Positions 11,244 through 23,629 of a stretch of 63,687 bases of DNA are shown here, one piece after another; position 1 is the stretch's first letter; each line of letters starts with the position of its first letter. Origin of the DNA: Chiloscyllium plagiosum (lineage: Eukaryota); assembly GCF_004010195.1 (NCBI RefSeq), contig NC_057711.1:72567175-72630861 (forward strand). Direction: 5' to 3'. The position numbers and the translations under genes are program-made. The notes under the pieces were generated by a model, which worked only from the letters and a program-made list of their open reading frames with translations, was not told the DNA's origin and searched no databases.

Positions 11244-14200
11244 GTTAGACAAGGTTCCACTTGGTAGACTGGTTAGTAAGGTTAGATCATATGGAATCCA
11301 GGGAGAGCTAGCCATTTGGATATGAAACTGGCTTGAAGGTAGGAGACAGAAGGAAGTGATGGACTTTTTTTTTCAGACTTGAGGACTGTGATCAGTGGTG
11401 TGCCACAAGGATCAGTGCTGCGTCTATTGCTTTTTGTAATTTATATGATTTGTATGTGAATATAGGAGCTATGGTTAGTAAGCTTGCAGGTGACACCAAA
11501 ATTGGTGGTGCAGTGGACAGTGAAGAAGGTTATCTCAGAGTTAAACAGGATCTTGATCAGATGGCCAAATGGACCTGGGAAGGGCAGATGGGGTTTAATT
11601 TCGAGATGTTTTATTTTGGTCAGGCAAATCAGGGCAGGACCTATTCCATTAATAATTGGGCCCTCGGGAGTGTTGCCAAACAGAAAGATCTAGGGGTGCA
11701 GGCACATAGTTCCTTTAAAGTGGAGTTACAGGTAGACAGGGTGGTGAAGAAGACTTGTGGCACATTTTCTTGTGGCTTCATTGGTCAGCGTATTGAGTAC
11801 AGGAGTTGTGAGGTCATGTTGCAGCTGTACTGGACATTGGTGAGGCCACTTATAGAATACTTCATTCACTTCTGGTCTCTTTGCTATCAGAAAGATGTTC
11901 TAAAACTTGAAAAAGTGCAGAAAAGATTTCCAAGGATGTTGTCAGGATTGGAGGATTTCAGCTGTAGGGAAATGCTGAATAGACTGTGGCTATTTTCCAT
12001 GGAGTGTCGGAGGCTGAGGGGTGACGTTATAAAGGTTCATAAAATCATGAGGGACATAGGTAGGGTGAATAGCCAAGTTCTTTTTTCCAGGGTAGGGGAG
12101 TCCAAAACTAGAGGGCATAGGTTTAAGGTGAGAGGGGAAATGGACCAGGGAGGCAACTTTTTCATACCAATGGTGGTGCATGTATGGAACAAGCTGCCAG
12201 AGGAGATGGTGGGGGTGGGTATAATTACAACATTTAGAAGGCATCTCGATGTGTACATGAATAGCAAGGGTTTAGAGAGATATGGGCCAAATATTCGCAA
12301 GTGGTACTAGATCAGATTAGGATATCTAGTAGGCATGGACGAGTTGGACCGAAGATTCTGTTTCTGTGCTGTACAACTCTATGCCTCTATGCCTCCACAT
12401 CTGTTATGAAGTGCAACACTTTCTATACTAGTGAGTTTTTTTCAATATGTTGTTCAGGAATCCAAAGTATTTTTTATCTAATTTTCAAACTGTGAAACTT
12501 TTAAAACTGTTTTGTTTCTATGCAATGGTAATGATAGCCATGGCATCCAGTAGATTCTTTGCTTCCATCTTACTGTTACATTACCAATTTGATTCCTTTG
12601 TGCCTGTTTTATTGGGTAAAATTCAGTGCTCCTTTCAGAGACAGGCTGAGAGACAGGGAATGCCATTTAATGGAGAGGAACACTTGTTGTCGAGCGCACA
12701 TTGATTTCCTGACTGCCTCACTCCAAGTTAATCCTGGGGCAGCAAGAATCAAAAATAACGTTCCCACTTCTGGGACAATTGAAGTCTTTATGGTCCTCGT
12801 CCACAGCCATTCATGTCAGGATATGGACTTTTGCGAAGTCACCCCTTTATTCTTTACAGTGAATCCCCTACTCTCATCACTGAGGCTCCTTGACTGCCCC
12901 CCATGGCCCAGCCCCACTTAGCTGTATTCCTAGTGACAATCCTCAGTTTCAGCCGAAAGGCACTTTTGGCAGTGGCCACTTGCCTGTGGTGCTAACGGCA
13001 CTGCTAAGCCTATCAGCTGCAGCTCTTGCAGGTGGGACATCAGTCTTAGGAAGCACTCCTTTAAGAAATTCTCCCTGCAGCAACAGAGAGCCCTTTCAGC
13101 AACCAATGCGCTGCCTGACTGGGGTGATGTGGCTCCTGAAATGACCACACCAGCTCTCCAGTCAGTAGACAGGCCCTCAACTATAACTGTTAAATTTCAT
13201 CCAGGGTGCAGACAACATTCTGCTTTGCATGTCAGTAAATGGCAAGACCATGTTTTGTTTCTGTAAATGCATATCATTTTCTGGACACTGATGTGAAAGA
13301 GCAACTGCGTGACTGAGGTGGAACAGTGAAGTGGCATTCAAATAGGATAATTGTGCTAAAGATGTTGGATTGTTGAAAAGCAATGATAACTTTGCAACAA
13401 TGCAAACTACGCAGTATGCACTAAGCAGGTAAATTAGTGTGAGGACAGGGTTCAGTTTCAGATGTGAGACAGCCTCAGGAGGTAATGTCACACTAGGTTC
13501 CCTTCACACTGTTCAGATCTATGGAACTGCAACCACTTAAGACTGAATCACCTTCATTACGTATGTATTTATATTACGAATGTTAATGAAGAACCAAAGG
13601 GGCAGTCAGTTCTTTTCATATTCCCTACTTTTCCAATACTGATTAAGAGAATTCTCACACGCAATACACAAGTACATATGTATACAGCTATACTTGATCT
13701 GATCTGAAAATAGTAGAGAGCTGGCTATGTAGTTAGGTACTGTGAGCAAGCACTACAATAAATGTAGATGCTGTGCCTGCGGGAAAAGACTTATCACTTA
13801 TATTAAAATACCACATGTTGCTATTCTGTTATGAGTACTGTAGGTGGTAATGAGTTATGATCATCTTTCTTACAAGAGAAAGAACAGCACGCCATCACTG
13901 AGTGAGATATTTTTATTCATTCTGTGGGCACTGTTGGGCTGAACTGTACAATTATTCTGGAACACTGCACATAGTAGCATTCATTACATGATATTTCGCA
14001 TTCTGTAATGTTTCTTTTATTTTTGCTGCTGTGAAATATCACGATCAGTGACTGAGAAAATTACAGCAATGCCCAAGGCAGAAAATACATTTTGAACTGC
14101 ACAGATTGAATGCTGTGTTTAAGGTGCTAGTTTTACATCTTCATGGCAAAAGGTTAAGAGATTTGGACTACCTAAAACTCAAAGGAAGCAGAGACACGTG

Positions 14201-17200
14201 GTAGGTCTGTCAGATTTCAACTGAGGCACAGACTTGGCAGAAATGGATCTTGTTATCTCAGATGAACAAAGCTGACACAGTGTGTTTCACTTTGTGGTGG
14301 TGAAAGTGTATTGGTGTTGCTGATAGGCTTTATAGAAACCTGCCACATCTAAAATATGTTTTGCTTCAGCATTGTTCTTATTTTTGAAAATACAATGAGA
14401 CTTCCTTATCATACAATATCTTGCAATATAACACACAGTGTTAGCAGACAATTACTGGATGAAGCTAACATATCAGACTCCAGCTGGCATCTGCTTTAAT
14501 TCACCATTCATAAAAAATGATTGGCAGAAAGACGAAACATATTGTAGAAGAATAACACTGACAAGCAAAATGCAAAAGTGGACATGAGAAAGGGAATAAA
14601 AGACCCAAAGAGCAAAGACGGCAGAGGGTAGAAACAATCATCTGAGGAGACAATGGCAATTGGAACATTCAGAAAATGGAAAGATCAGTCCTGGCACCAA
14701 GGAGGTTGCAGAGACCAAAATTGGCGAGGTTAATGCTGACAAGTAGATGGAGAAGGAGTGGCAGACGTAAAACACGATCATAATAAAATTTCACAAAGAA
14801 ATGCCTGAGCTGGATTGAACAAAGGTTAAAGGGATTCGGATTCCTTGATTCTTCCTGACAAATTGAGTTGCTGTGTAGATGATCGAGGTGTGGCCTTGGG
14901 ACTGCAACTCATGCTTAGTTGTTCCATATTGATGAAATTTCATAACCAACTGTCAAAATGACAGAGAAATAAACCATTTACCTTAAATAGTCATATCTTA
15001 ATGTATTGTGTTACTTTGAATCATTTTTAAATTAAGCAACTTAAAGTCTGTGCTCTCATGGTATCCCTGAGATTGTTTTTAGCATGGAATGCATTTTAAC
15101 ATTTTAACATGGAAAGTCTCCAGGAGGTTTTGTAGAATCGCTAACATATCAGAGCAAGACATCACGATTAACTGAAATTCATTTCCAAAATATTTAATGT
15201 TTGAGAAGAATTTCAGCTAAAGAAAGCAGTCCCTGATTACCATAATCCACTCATACACAATCAATTTAAGCACTTCACATAGCTTGCAAATGGCATGAAC
15301 TCAGATATTTCAGTTTTTTAAATATCTCCTCCTTGCAAGTAATACCTTTTAGAAATAAAACTGTCTGTACCAATATTTGTTTAGGAGTATGACTGCAACC
15401 TATTAACACATTATAATTGGGAATGATTCAGATACAATGTGGATTTTGATGATAACCTATTGCAGAACAATTTTTATCTCCCAGCATCTATTGTCCATTT
15501 TTGTTTTGCTTCTGTTTTTTTATGTATTATCATCATTCTTCTCTTCCTTTTTCCATCTTTACATTGTGTCATGTTAGAATAAATAGGAATTGTGCACAGT
15601 TGATACAACAAATGTGGCCGATATTTCATGGATTTAATTTTTTTTATCTAACCCTTTTTTTATTATCCTTTCATTCTTTCCTGTCCTTTTTGCTACCACA
15701 AAAGCATAAAACTAATAAAACTGATGCTTAGGTGTCAGAATCATTGAATTCTTTCTTTGACATTCTATCCTTTGATTTCATCTTGACACAGAAAATGTCT
15801 TTACTTCTTTTTATATCCATTGACAGATTTGAATAATTCAAGAATAGCTCCCACAAGAGACCTGCCAATGTCTGATTCATGCTCATCTAACCATTTATAT
15901 TTGACCCCGTCACAGCCATGTAACTACATCATGTAAAAATATAAGACACCAGTACATCGAATATCTGGCTGATTGTTTTCTATTAATATTACATTTCCAG
16001 CTGAGCTGCAGAAACCAAAAATATTGATTTACCTACGAGGAAAGGACACTAGTGTTAGCCTGTATCTTATTAAGTGCACAGGGGCACTTAAAGGCCAAAA
16101 TCAATTGGATCAATAATGGCAACACATTATCTGTGCATCAGAAATTAATTGCTTGTTAAGTATTTTCATCTTTTTGTGATCTTGCAATAAATCTCAACAT
16201 TAAAGCATCATCAAACCACCAGTGAAGCCCATCTTTCACATAATTTAAAATAAAGTTGCATTACATTTTCAAGTTTCAGTTCAGAGGAAACCCAAACAAT
16301 TCTCGTTGCATTTGTATGCATCTGCCTGCGTCTGTGTATGTGAAGCAAGGCTGTAATGAGAGGACGAAGTTGCTTCAGTATTATGCAAATTGTGGTTGTC
16401 GGATCAAAACTAAGTACACTTGCTGAAATTTGGTTGATAAAATTTCAAATCAGCCCATCTGTGCCAGACCTCTTTTTGTCATTCAGCTGTTGTATACCAA
16501 GATCTGTAATATCAACAAGAACAGGCAGACCAGTATGTATTATTCAGGGTGAAAACAATTACGCTATGTTAGCTAGTCTTCAGCAGGAGTGTGTTAGAGC
16601 TCATCCCACTGATAGGAAACAAAAGCATTACTCTATCTTCATGAATTTCAAATGAGTCCCTGCTGCTGGGAGTAGTGAAGCTGATACTTGATCTAACCTC
16701 ACAGTGGCTGGCTGCAGATTCAGCAGAGTCTCTAGTTAGCAATGAACCTGAAGCTTGCCACTGCCACCCCACACTATCTTTAATTTTCTTGTTGCTTTGT
16801 TTGCAGAGTCTGTTTCATCTAAATCACTCAACTCAAGTTGGTTTGGGATTTTGTTCCTATGGAAGGAAGCATAACTTGTCACTTCTCAGAGAATGAAAGC
16901 AATAATTAATTCAAATATAAATTTAAAAGAATCCACTCAAGTGAATCATCAGTTAGCAGCTTCTGTTCATGTGTAACATTCTGCAGTGGGATTTAAATGG
17001 TAATTCCACACAGAACATAGCGAGAAGGTAGCAAGAACTGACAGCAGCAATAACTAAAAAAAAGTAATAAAAAAACATTCAATGCAATGAAACTGCTGAT
17101 GTTTTTCTCCAGTCACTGCAGTGCATAAATATGGCTTCTGACAGCTACTGGAATGATATGATTTTTTTTCACAACCAACAATCCAACATGAGTGACATGT

Positions 17201-17869
17201 TCAGAAGTCTGTTCTAATAGTAGGATTGGTAACCACAAAACCACAGTTTCATCCAATTCATACAACACAATGGCACATATTGTATTCTTTAGTATTGTGT
17301 TGCTTATGAGCAATTTTTTTTACCATACATTTTAATAAATATATTGTTGGTACTTGATTCCATCAATGAAAAGCTTGACCCAGCACAGTTCATTGTAGTG
17401 GTCTGATGCACACCATTGCTATGGTATAGTATTACATTTCACTAGGCCCCACGAGACTTGGAATCTCACTGGTCACGGTGATAATTCTTTTGTATAATAA
17501 ATAATAGATATCTAGGAGTGAGTTACAAAGCTGTCACTCAATCTCAGTATTCTGATGACATCATGAAAGCACAAGAGATTAAATGTCATTGGAACTTGAG
17601 AGCTTTAATATTGTCCTATAGGTCTCTGAAAATTTGACAATGTAGGGCCTAACAAGAGGTTGTTTACCTTTACAGGCATCCTCTAATTTTTCACAATGCA
17701 ATTCTTCTGACTGATACTGAAAAAAAAAATAATATAGAAAGGACTTGCAACATGTATAGAATATGCTGAAACATTATTTGATTTAAGGATGAGTGCTGAT
17801 GTTGTTTTAAAATTGTTTGATTTTCCATTTTAGTGAATGTAAATGCAAAATGTGTAAATGACATCTGTC

Positions 17870-18270
17870 AACTTTGGCTCAACAGTAATATTCTAGCCTC
17901 ACGTCAGACGCCTGATAAGGTAAACTAGTCGAACACTACAGATCAGTGCTGAGGGGGAATTGTACTGTTCAAAGTGTTGTTTTACAAAAGCTGTACTGTC
18001 TACCTTCGCAGGTGGATGCAAATAATCCCAATGACAACACAATTCTTCTGGTGTCCTGGAATGTATTTATCCCTGAAGCAACATCATCAAACAAAGACAG
18101 ATTATTTAGTTATCACTTTTGTATTTGTAGCACCTTCCTGACAAGAATTAGGTGCTATGTTTGCATGTACAGCAAGAGTAAACACGCTTCAAATCATACC
18201 TTGCTGCCTGTGAAACATTTTGGAATATCTAGAGGACATGAAAGGCATGATACAAATGCCAGTTTTTTCA
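17870..18270 (+). mobile_element. Deu-domain (SacSINE1-like) SINE, old
   Basis: Head tggctcaacagtaatattctagcctc, core ggtggatgcaaataatccca...ggtgtcctggaatgtatttatccct, LINE-like tail gaaacattttgg...tgaaaggcatgatacaaatgcc. Confidence 0.65.
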
Positions 18271-19432
18271 TTTTAAAATTAGTAGAATGATTAGAGCAAA
18301 CTAAAAATATGTAAGAGAAATGCCACTTTATGCAATAAATGCTGACCCACATAAACCTTTTGAGGTTGTTCCTAAAGTGTTTGTGAATCTCTTCAGTATA
18401 TGTATGAGTTTCAGAATAAGATGTTTTCTGGATATGTCAAAAAGAAAATTGAAAGCTAGAATTAAAATACAAAGATTAATTAGATCAATTAAGCCAACGG
18501 TGTTTTAAAAAATGATCAAATTCTGAGCCAGTGCAAAGGATTTTGTAAGACAGGCTGATTTTCTTTTACAAATTTTCAGTAATATATGCTTAATGAGAAA
18601 TTTTTGATATTTGATATTCTGGCCAAATAAAAATGCTCACTTTATAGCTTCAATATAAGCATTCAGATGTTCTCTTGTGCAGAGATGTATTCATATATAC
18701 ATGTTATTTTTTGAATTCCTCCTTAAGAGTAGTATTGTGTCTATATCAGTAACAAATGCAGTTTATTAGGCTACCTAAAGTGTACCTAGAGAGTCACACG
18801 CTCTTCAAGTCAAACAGGACTCCTTCAGGCAATGTGACATTTTGAGAAGAAGCAAGCTTCAGTGCCATTTTTGCCTTTTTTCTCTGGAAGTACTCTGATG
18901 TTGACAATGATGTGAAATTTAAACACCAACATCCAGAAGTGCAGCAGGCACAATAAACAATAAAGCTGGGATCAGTTGCCCATAACAAAATCTTTCTTTT
19001 GAACATTAACAATAGTCTTTTCATTATAAACAGTGGTTTTTAAAAGATTCATTATAAACACCTAAGTTCGGTGACTCAGAATGAAACACAGTTGCATACC
19101 CAAGGCCTTTCCATGTGGTGGGGTTGCTGGGGCCAAACAAACAGTAGAATCCCCCAAATTCTGCTACAAGGATGCTTATAATCATGACATGGAAAGACCT
19201 AGACTAGGTCTGGGGGTAACTAACTGATGGCAGAGGAAAACGGAATCAACTTCTGTGGGATGATTGGCACCATTGTGAAACCATTGTCAATTGTCTGACA
19301 AAAGATGCCAACATAAAAACAGCAGCCACAACACTTGGAAGTTACATGTGCAGAACTTATGGCAGAGCCTGTCTGTCAAGTATTGGCCTCTTTAGGCATC
19401 TCTTTATATAAGGTGGACCATATATAAAAAGT

Positions 19433-19618
19433 GGCAGCATCCAGGGAACAGGAGAATCGACGTTTCGGGCATAAGCCCTTCTTCAGGAAAGGCTGAAGAA
19501 GGGCTTATGCCCGAAACGTCGATTCTCCTGTTCCCTGGATGCTGCCTGACCTGCTGCGCTTTTCCAGCAACACATTTTCAGCTCTGATCTCCAGCATCTG
19601 CAGACCTCACTTTCTCCT
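19433..19618. mobile_element. Young fold-back PLE (family 1) insertion with 14-bp TSD and two hammerhead cores
   Basis: Perfect 54-bp arms 19433-19486 and 19493-19546. TSD catatataaaaagt at 19419-19432 and 19619-19632. Confidence 0.95.
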
Positions 19619-20005
19619 CATATATAAAAAGTCTCAACTGAAATGAATTATTTGCTGCATCTCTGTTATCATTCATGGATGAAAAATGCCGAAGTTTGAT
19701 GATGCGAACTCTGTACTAAATCGCACTTTGTTTTAACAATTTTGTTTTCTCTTGTTTATATTTTTTGCCAACATATTAATAGCTATTAAATATGTTTATG
19801 TACTGCAGTTGCTGCAAATCTGAAATAAAAGAAACAAAATGCTGCAGACGATCAGTGGGTCAGCAGTAGCATCTATGAAAAGAGGAAGATAGAAGAAGTG
19901 GGTTTGTGATTAGAAAGGAAACAGAAGGTGATTTAAGTTACAGAAGTGACAATGTTATGATAGAAGTAATGAAGACTGTGTCATTGAATTTATTCAAGAC
20001 AGAAT

Positions 20006-20312
20006 GGGGGAGGTGATGACCTAGTTGTATTATCGCTGGAGTGTTAATGCAGAGACCCACATAATGTCCTGGGAACACAAGTTTGAATCTCACAATGGCA
20101 GATGGTGGAATTTGAATTCAATAAAAATCTGGAATTAAGAGTCTAATGACAACCATGAAACCATCATCAATTGTCAGAAAGACTAATCTTGTTCACTAAG
20201 GTCCTCTAGGGAAGGAAATCTGCCATCCTTACCTGGTCTGGCCTACACGTGACCTCTCTGGGATGAGCAATAAATGCTAGCCTAGCCAGAAATGCCCTTA
20301 TCCTGTGAATGT
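20006..20312 (+). mobile_element. tRNA-derived SINE, second family (other copies 21247-21968 minus, 32208-32335, 45560-45875, decayed ~19060-19300 minus)
   Basis: A/B-box-like tgacctagttgt...gtttgaatct head. Shared body ggtggaatttgaattcaataaaaatctggaattaagagtct...agggaaggaaatctgccatccttacctgg recurs in the listed copies. Confidence 0.75.
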
Positions 20313-21306
20313 ATTTGAAAAATTAGTCACATTTATGATAGACAAGTGAGTCAAAGGCAATGGGAAGGTAGAGGGAAGAATAGGAAAGTAGGGTTGAGAC
20401 CACAGCCAGATCAGCCAAGGTCTTATTGAATGGTGTAGCAGGCTGGAAGGAATGAATGGCTTAATCATGTGCCGAAGACTCATACCCTTATGTTTTTCTC
20501 TAAGTGAAACCCAGGGTCAGTGTATCAAGGATATGATAATAGGAATGGAGATTGCCCCATAAGCTGTCTCCCAGGAATTCAGGAAGAGAGCTTGCTACAC
20601 CATTCAATTCTGGCTGATTGGTGTCAAACAAAAAATTAGATCACAGGCTGTGTTCTATGGTGTGCCACTTCTTTCTTGAAACTAGATTCACCACTGTTTT
20701 ATTTTCTCTCATGCCACTTTTCTACTATTAGTTCCTGATGTCACTCCAGGCTTGGAGGGTGTCGAAAACATGCACAGAAATGATGTACGATCAAGCAATG
20801 CCTTTTGCATGCCACAAAGACAGCCTTCATGCTGCTGTTTGCTCACTTGACTGACTGCTCATTTGAACGAATGTAACCAGCTCTCAGTTTGTTGTTGATT
20901 TACAGCACACATCAACAAGAAGCCTTAATTAGACTTACTAATATGATTTACATCCAGACAGCATTGCTGATAGCTAGCCTGAATCTCTTGAACAGGAGGC
21001 ACGCTGGAGTTGGAGCTGGAACTGGGAAACCCATGGCAGCTAAATCTGATATTGGAAAGACAAGAGGATAGCTAAACAATGGAGAAAACCAATACCTGGG
21101 GCAGAACATCACCCTTCAAGCACAGGACCATTCTCTGCAACCACTGATCAAATATCCAGCATGATAACATTGGCTCGTGTTGTTGATGGGTGGGAGGCCC
21201 TTGAAATCAGGAATCTGCCTATCATTTTCAAAATTCTTTTTGTCTTTATTCATTCATGGGATGGGGGCTTTACTGGCTAAGCAGCATTTATTGCCCATCC
21301 CTAGTT

Positions 21307-21612
21307 GGGCGGCACAGTGGCTCAGTGGTTTAGCACAGCTGCGTCATAGCGCCAGGGTCCCAGTCGGGCGACTGTCTGTCTGGAGTTTGCACATTCTCCC
21401 CGTGTCTGTGTGGGCTTCCTCCGGGTGCTCCAGTTTCCTCCCACAGTCCAAAAATGTGCAGGTCAGGTGAATTAGCCATGCTAAATTGCTCATAGTGTTA
21501 GGTGCACTAGTCAGAGTGAAATGGGTCTGTGTGGGTTACTCTTCGGAGGGTCGGTGTGGACTGGTTGAGCCGAAGGGCCTGTTTCTACACTGTAGGGAAT
21601 CTAATCTAATCT
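21307..21612 (+). mobile_element. HE1-type (V-SINE) elasmobranch SINE, nested in an older SINE
   Basis: gggcggcacagtggctcagtggt head, V-domain tggagtttgcacattctccccgtgtctgtgtgggcttcctccgggtgctcc, (aatct)n tail. Confidence 0.92.
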
Positions 21613-22479
21613 CTACTCTAATTGCCCCGAGGGCAGTTAACAATCAACCTCATTACTGTGGGTATGGAGTTACATATAGGCCAAAACAGGTCTGATAATG
21701 TGAGGATATTCAGGATGTTATTGACTGCATGCATATTATTACCTTAGCTGCCAGGTAAGGATGGCAGTTTCCTTCCCTAATAGTGAACCAGATGGGTTTT
21801 TCTGACAATCAACAATGGATTCATGGTCATCATTCCAGTCTTAATTCCAGTTATTTTAACTAAATTTATATTCTGCCATCTGCTGTGTTGGGATTCAATC
21901 CTGGGTCCCACGGCATTATCTGGGTTTCTGGATTATAGTCCAGCAATAATATCAGTGGCCATTGCCTCCTCATTTGAGATTAAAGACTTTTCACATTCAT
22001 TAAGAACCAAAATATTGAGGTGCTAATAGTGTTGCCTATGGGTGTGAAGAATGCCAGATAAGGAACTGGATTTTTGATCATTTCTTTGTCAGGGTGGTTT
22101 TAAGTGTAGCAGCTGGATTCAGACCTCAGTAGTCTATCCTTCTGGTAGGTGTGAGTAATTCTGAGTGGAAGCTTTACATTTGTTTATACTTTTATGAGGA
22201 TTGATCACCTACAAGTGACGCCTTGTCAACACTTTGGCCTGTGTTTTCATAGGAAAATGGGGATAGTGGTCTTCATGGGAGAAACAGCATCCAGTGTGGA
22301 GGAGGACAAGAGGATGAGAGCAGGGAAATGAGAACAACAGGAAGAAGAGTTGGGGTTTGGGTGCAGGAGCCTTGTGAAATAATAGAAGTCACTCTAAATG
22401 CACAGGATGAAGAGGGAGCATGGGCAGGATGATGGACCCTTAGAAATATGCCACAAAACAATATGTAGCCAGACAAATT

Positions 22480-23340
22480 TACTGAGTCAGAATGACTCAC
22501 TTACAAACGCCTGAGGCATGTGCTGTAGGAGAGTGGTGCTCTCCAGCTTAACATCTCTTTCTAACATGTAGCCTGGGGAGACGGCTTTCAACACTTGTGG
22601 GGCATTGACATCCGCTGTCAATGGTTCTAATGGTGACAGTGACCCTGAAATATTTTGCTTGCTGACCCTTTCAAGCTGCCTGTGGAGAAACCCAGCCTGC
22701 AGTTCATCATTACTTTAAGGTTTTCTCTGAGGTAATGTCCCACTGAAGTGAACATTTCATTTCGTTTTAATGGACCGCAACAGCTAGTCAGGAAGAATCA
22801 AAGGTTCACCAAAACAGCAGAGTTTCCAAGGGTTTAGGATGTTAGTTACTACATGCACATCATTATCAAACACCATCAGACCATCCATGCATATTCATCA
22901 ACTGAAAGGGTTTTCCCTCAATAAATGATAGATTGGTGTGCAGCCATAAGTAACAAATCCTCTAGGTATGTGTCAGAAATCCAGGCAGCAGTCACAGTTC
23001 TTATATCTTGAGGAAATCTCAGGTGCCAGGCTTGTTTAAGAGACATATTGAATTGAGAGGATGGCTGCTGGTGACAAAGGCTATCGCTTGAGGAAATGGT
23101 CACTGATACTGACACAGCTTAACTAGGATAGAAGCAATGTGAACCTACAATGGCAGTCATGGCACAACAAGGGCTATTACTGAACAGACTATCAGTCTGC
23201 TGAAGATGAGATCTCAGTGCCCGGTCAGAAGGAGTTCTGCAGGATGTTCCACAGAGAAATCTCTGATGGTAGTTGTGTACTGAACCTTAAGCAACTGAGT
23301 TTCACAGGAAGGGGATGTCTTAGAGGAAGAGCAGATGTAA
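22480..23340 (+). pseudogene. Fossil PIF/Harbinger DDE transposase
   Basis: Interrupted translation: VTVTLKYFA..FQ, AEFPRV*D..YMHI, FIN*KGFPSIN, NPGSSHSSYILRKSQVP, GWLL/GDKGY, YNGSHGTTRAITEQTISLLKMR. Collinear with HARBI1-like DDE motifs. Confidence 0.85.
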
Positions 23341-23529
23341 AATAACATTGAATCCTCTACAGAAGTTCTGCCTGAGAATGTGGACAGACCATCACACGGA
23401 GAGGTCTAGGTCTCTGCAAGGCAATGCCTTGATGGCAGTGAGACATGTGGGGCATAATAAATGCAAATGTTGTAATAGGACAGTGAGTTATTTTGAGCTT
23501 TCTGTCGGCAATCTATATTCCCAAAATGC

Positions 23530-23629
23530 ACCTCCCCTGCTCCTTGGATGCTGCCTGAACTGCTGTGCTCTTCCAGCACCACTAATCCAGAATCTGGTTT
23601 CCAGCATCTGCAGTCATTGTTTTTACCTC
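23530..23629 (+). mobile_element. PLE family 1 terminal fragment
   Basis: cctgctccttggatgctgcctgaactgctgtgctcttccagcaccact...ccagcatctgcagtc matches the other PLE termini. Confidence 0.8.

Larger units (their letters stand above)
7750..12392 (+). mobile_element. Near full-length decayed CR1 LINE (ORF1 zinc finger + SGNH esterase, ORF2 APE endonuclease + RT)
   Basis: ~8015 CSSCWMWE and ICRKC; ~8430-8610 GDYLVRG, VCCLP, VVHIGINDI; ORF 9780..10211 EHFGANDHNSISF (APE end); ORF 11450..12310 SKLAGDTKIGG...TRGHRFKV; 3' tail ctctatgcctctatg. Many stops and frameshifts. Confidence 0.95.

Noticed and set aside
11450..12310. 286-aa ORF as a host or active gene
   Set aside because: C-terminal CR1 ORF2 fragment with the FADD catalytic motif mutated to LAGD and upstream frameshifts.
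12559..13148. Cluster of GC-richer ORFs
   Set aside because: No protein similarity recognised; more likely an old non-autonomous transposon remnant, which I also cannot confirm.
18794..19024. 76-aa minus-strand ORF in unique DNA
   Set aside because: No recognisable domain and no convincing splice pair keeping an open frame.
21307..21370. tRNA gene (also ~31320-31393)
   Set aside because: tRNA-derived SINE heads followed by V-domain and tail; no complete cloverleaf.
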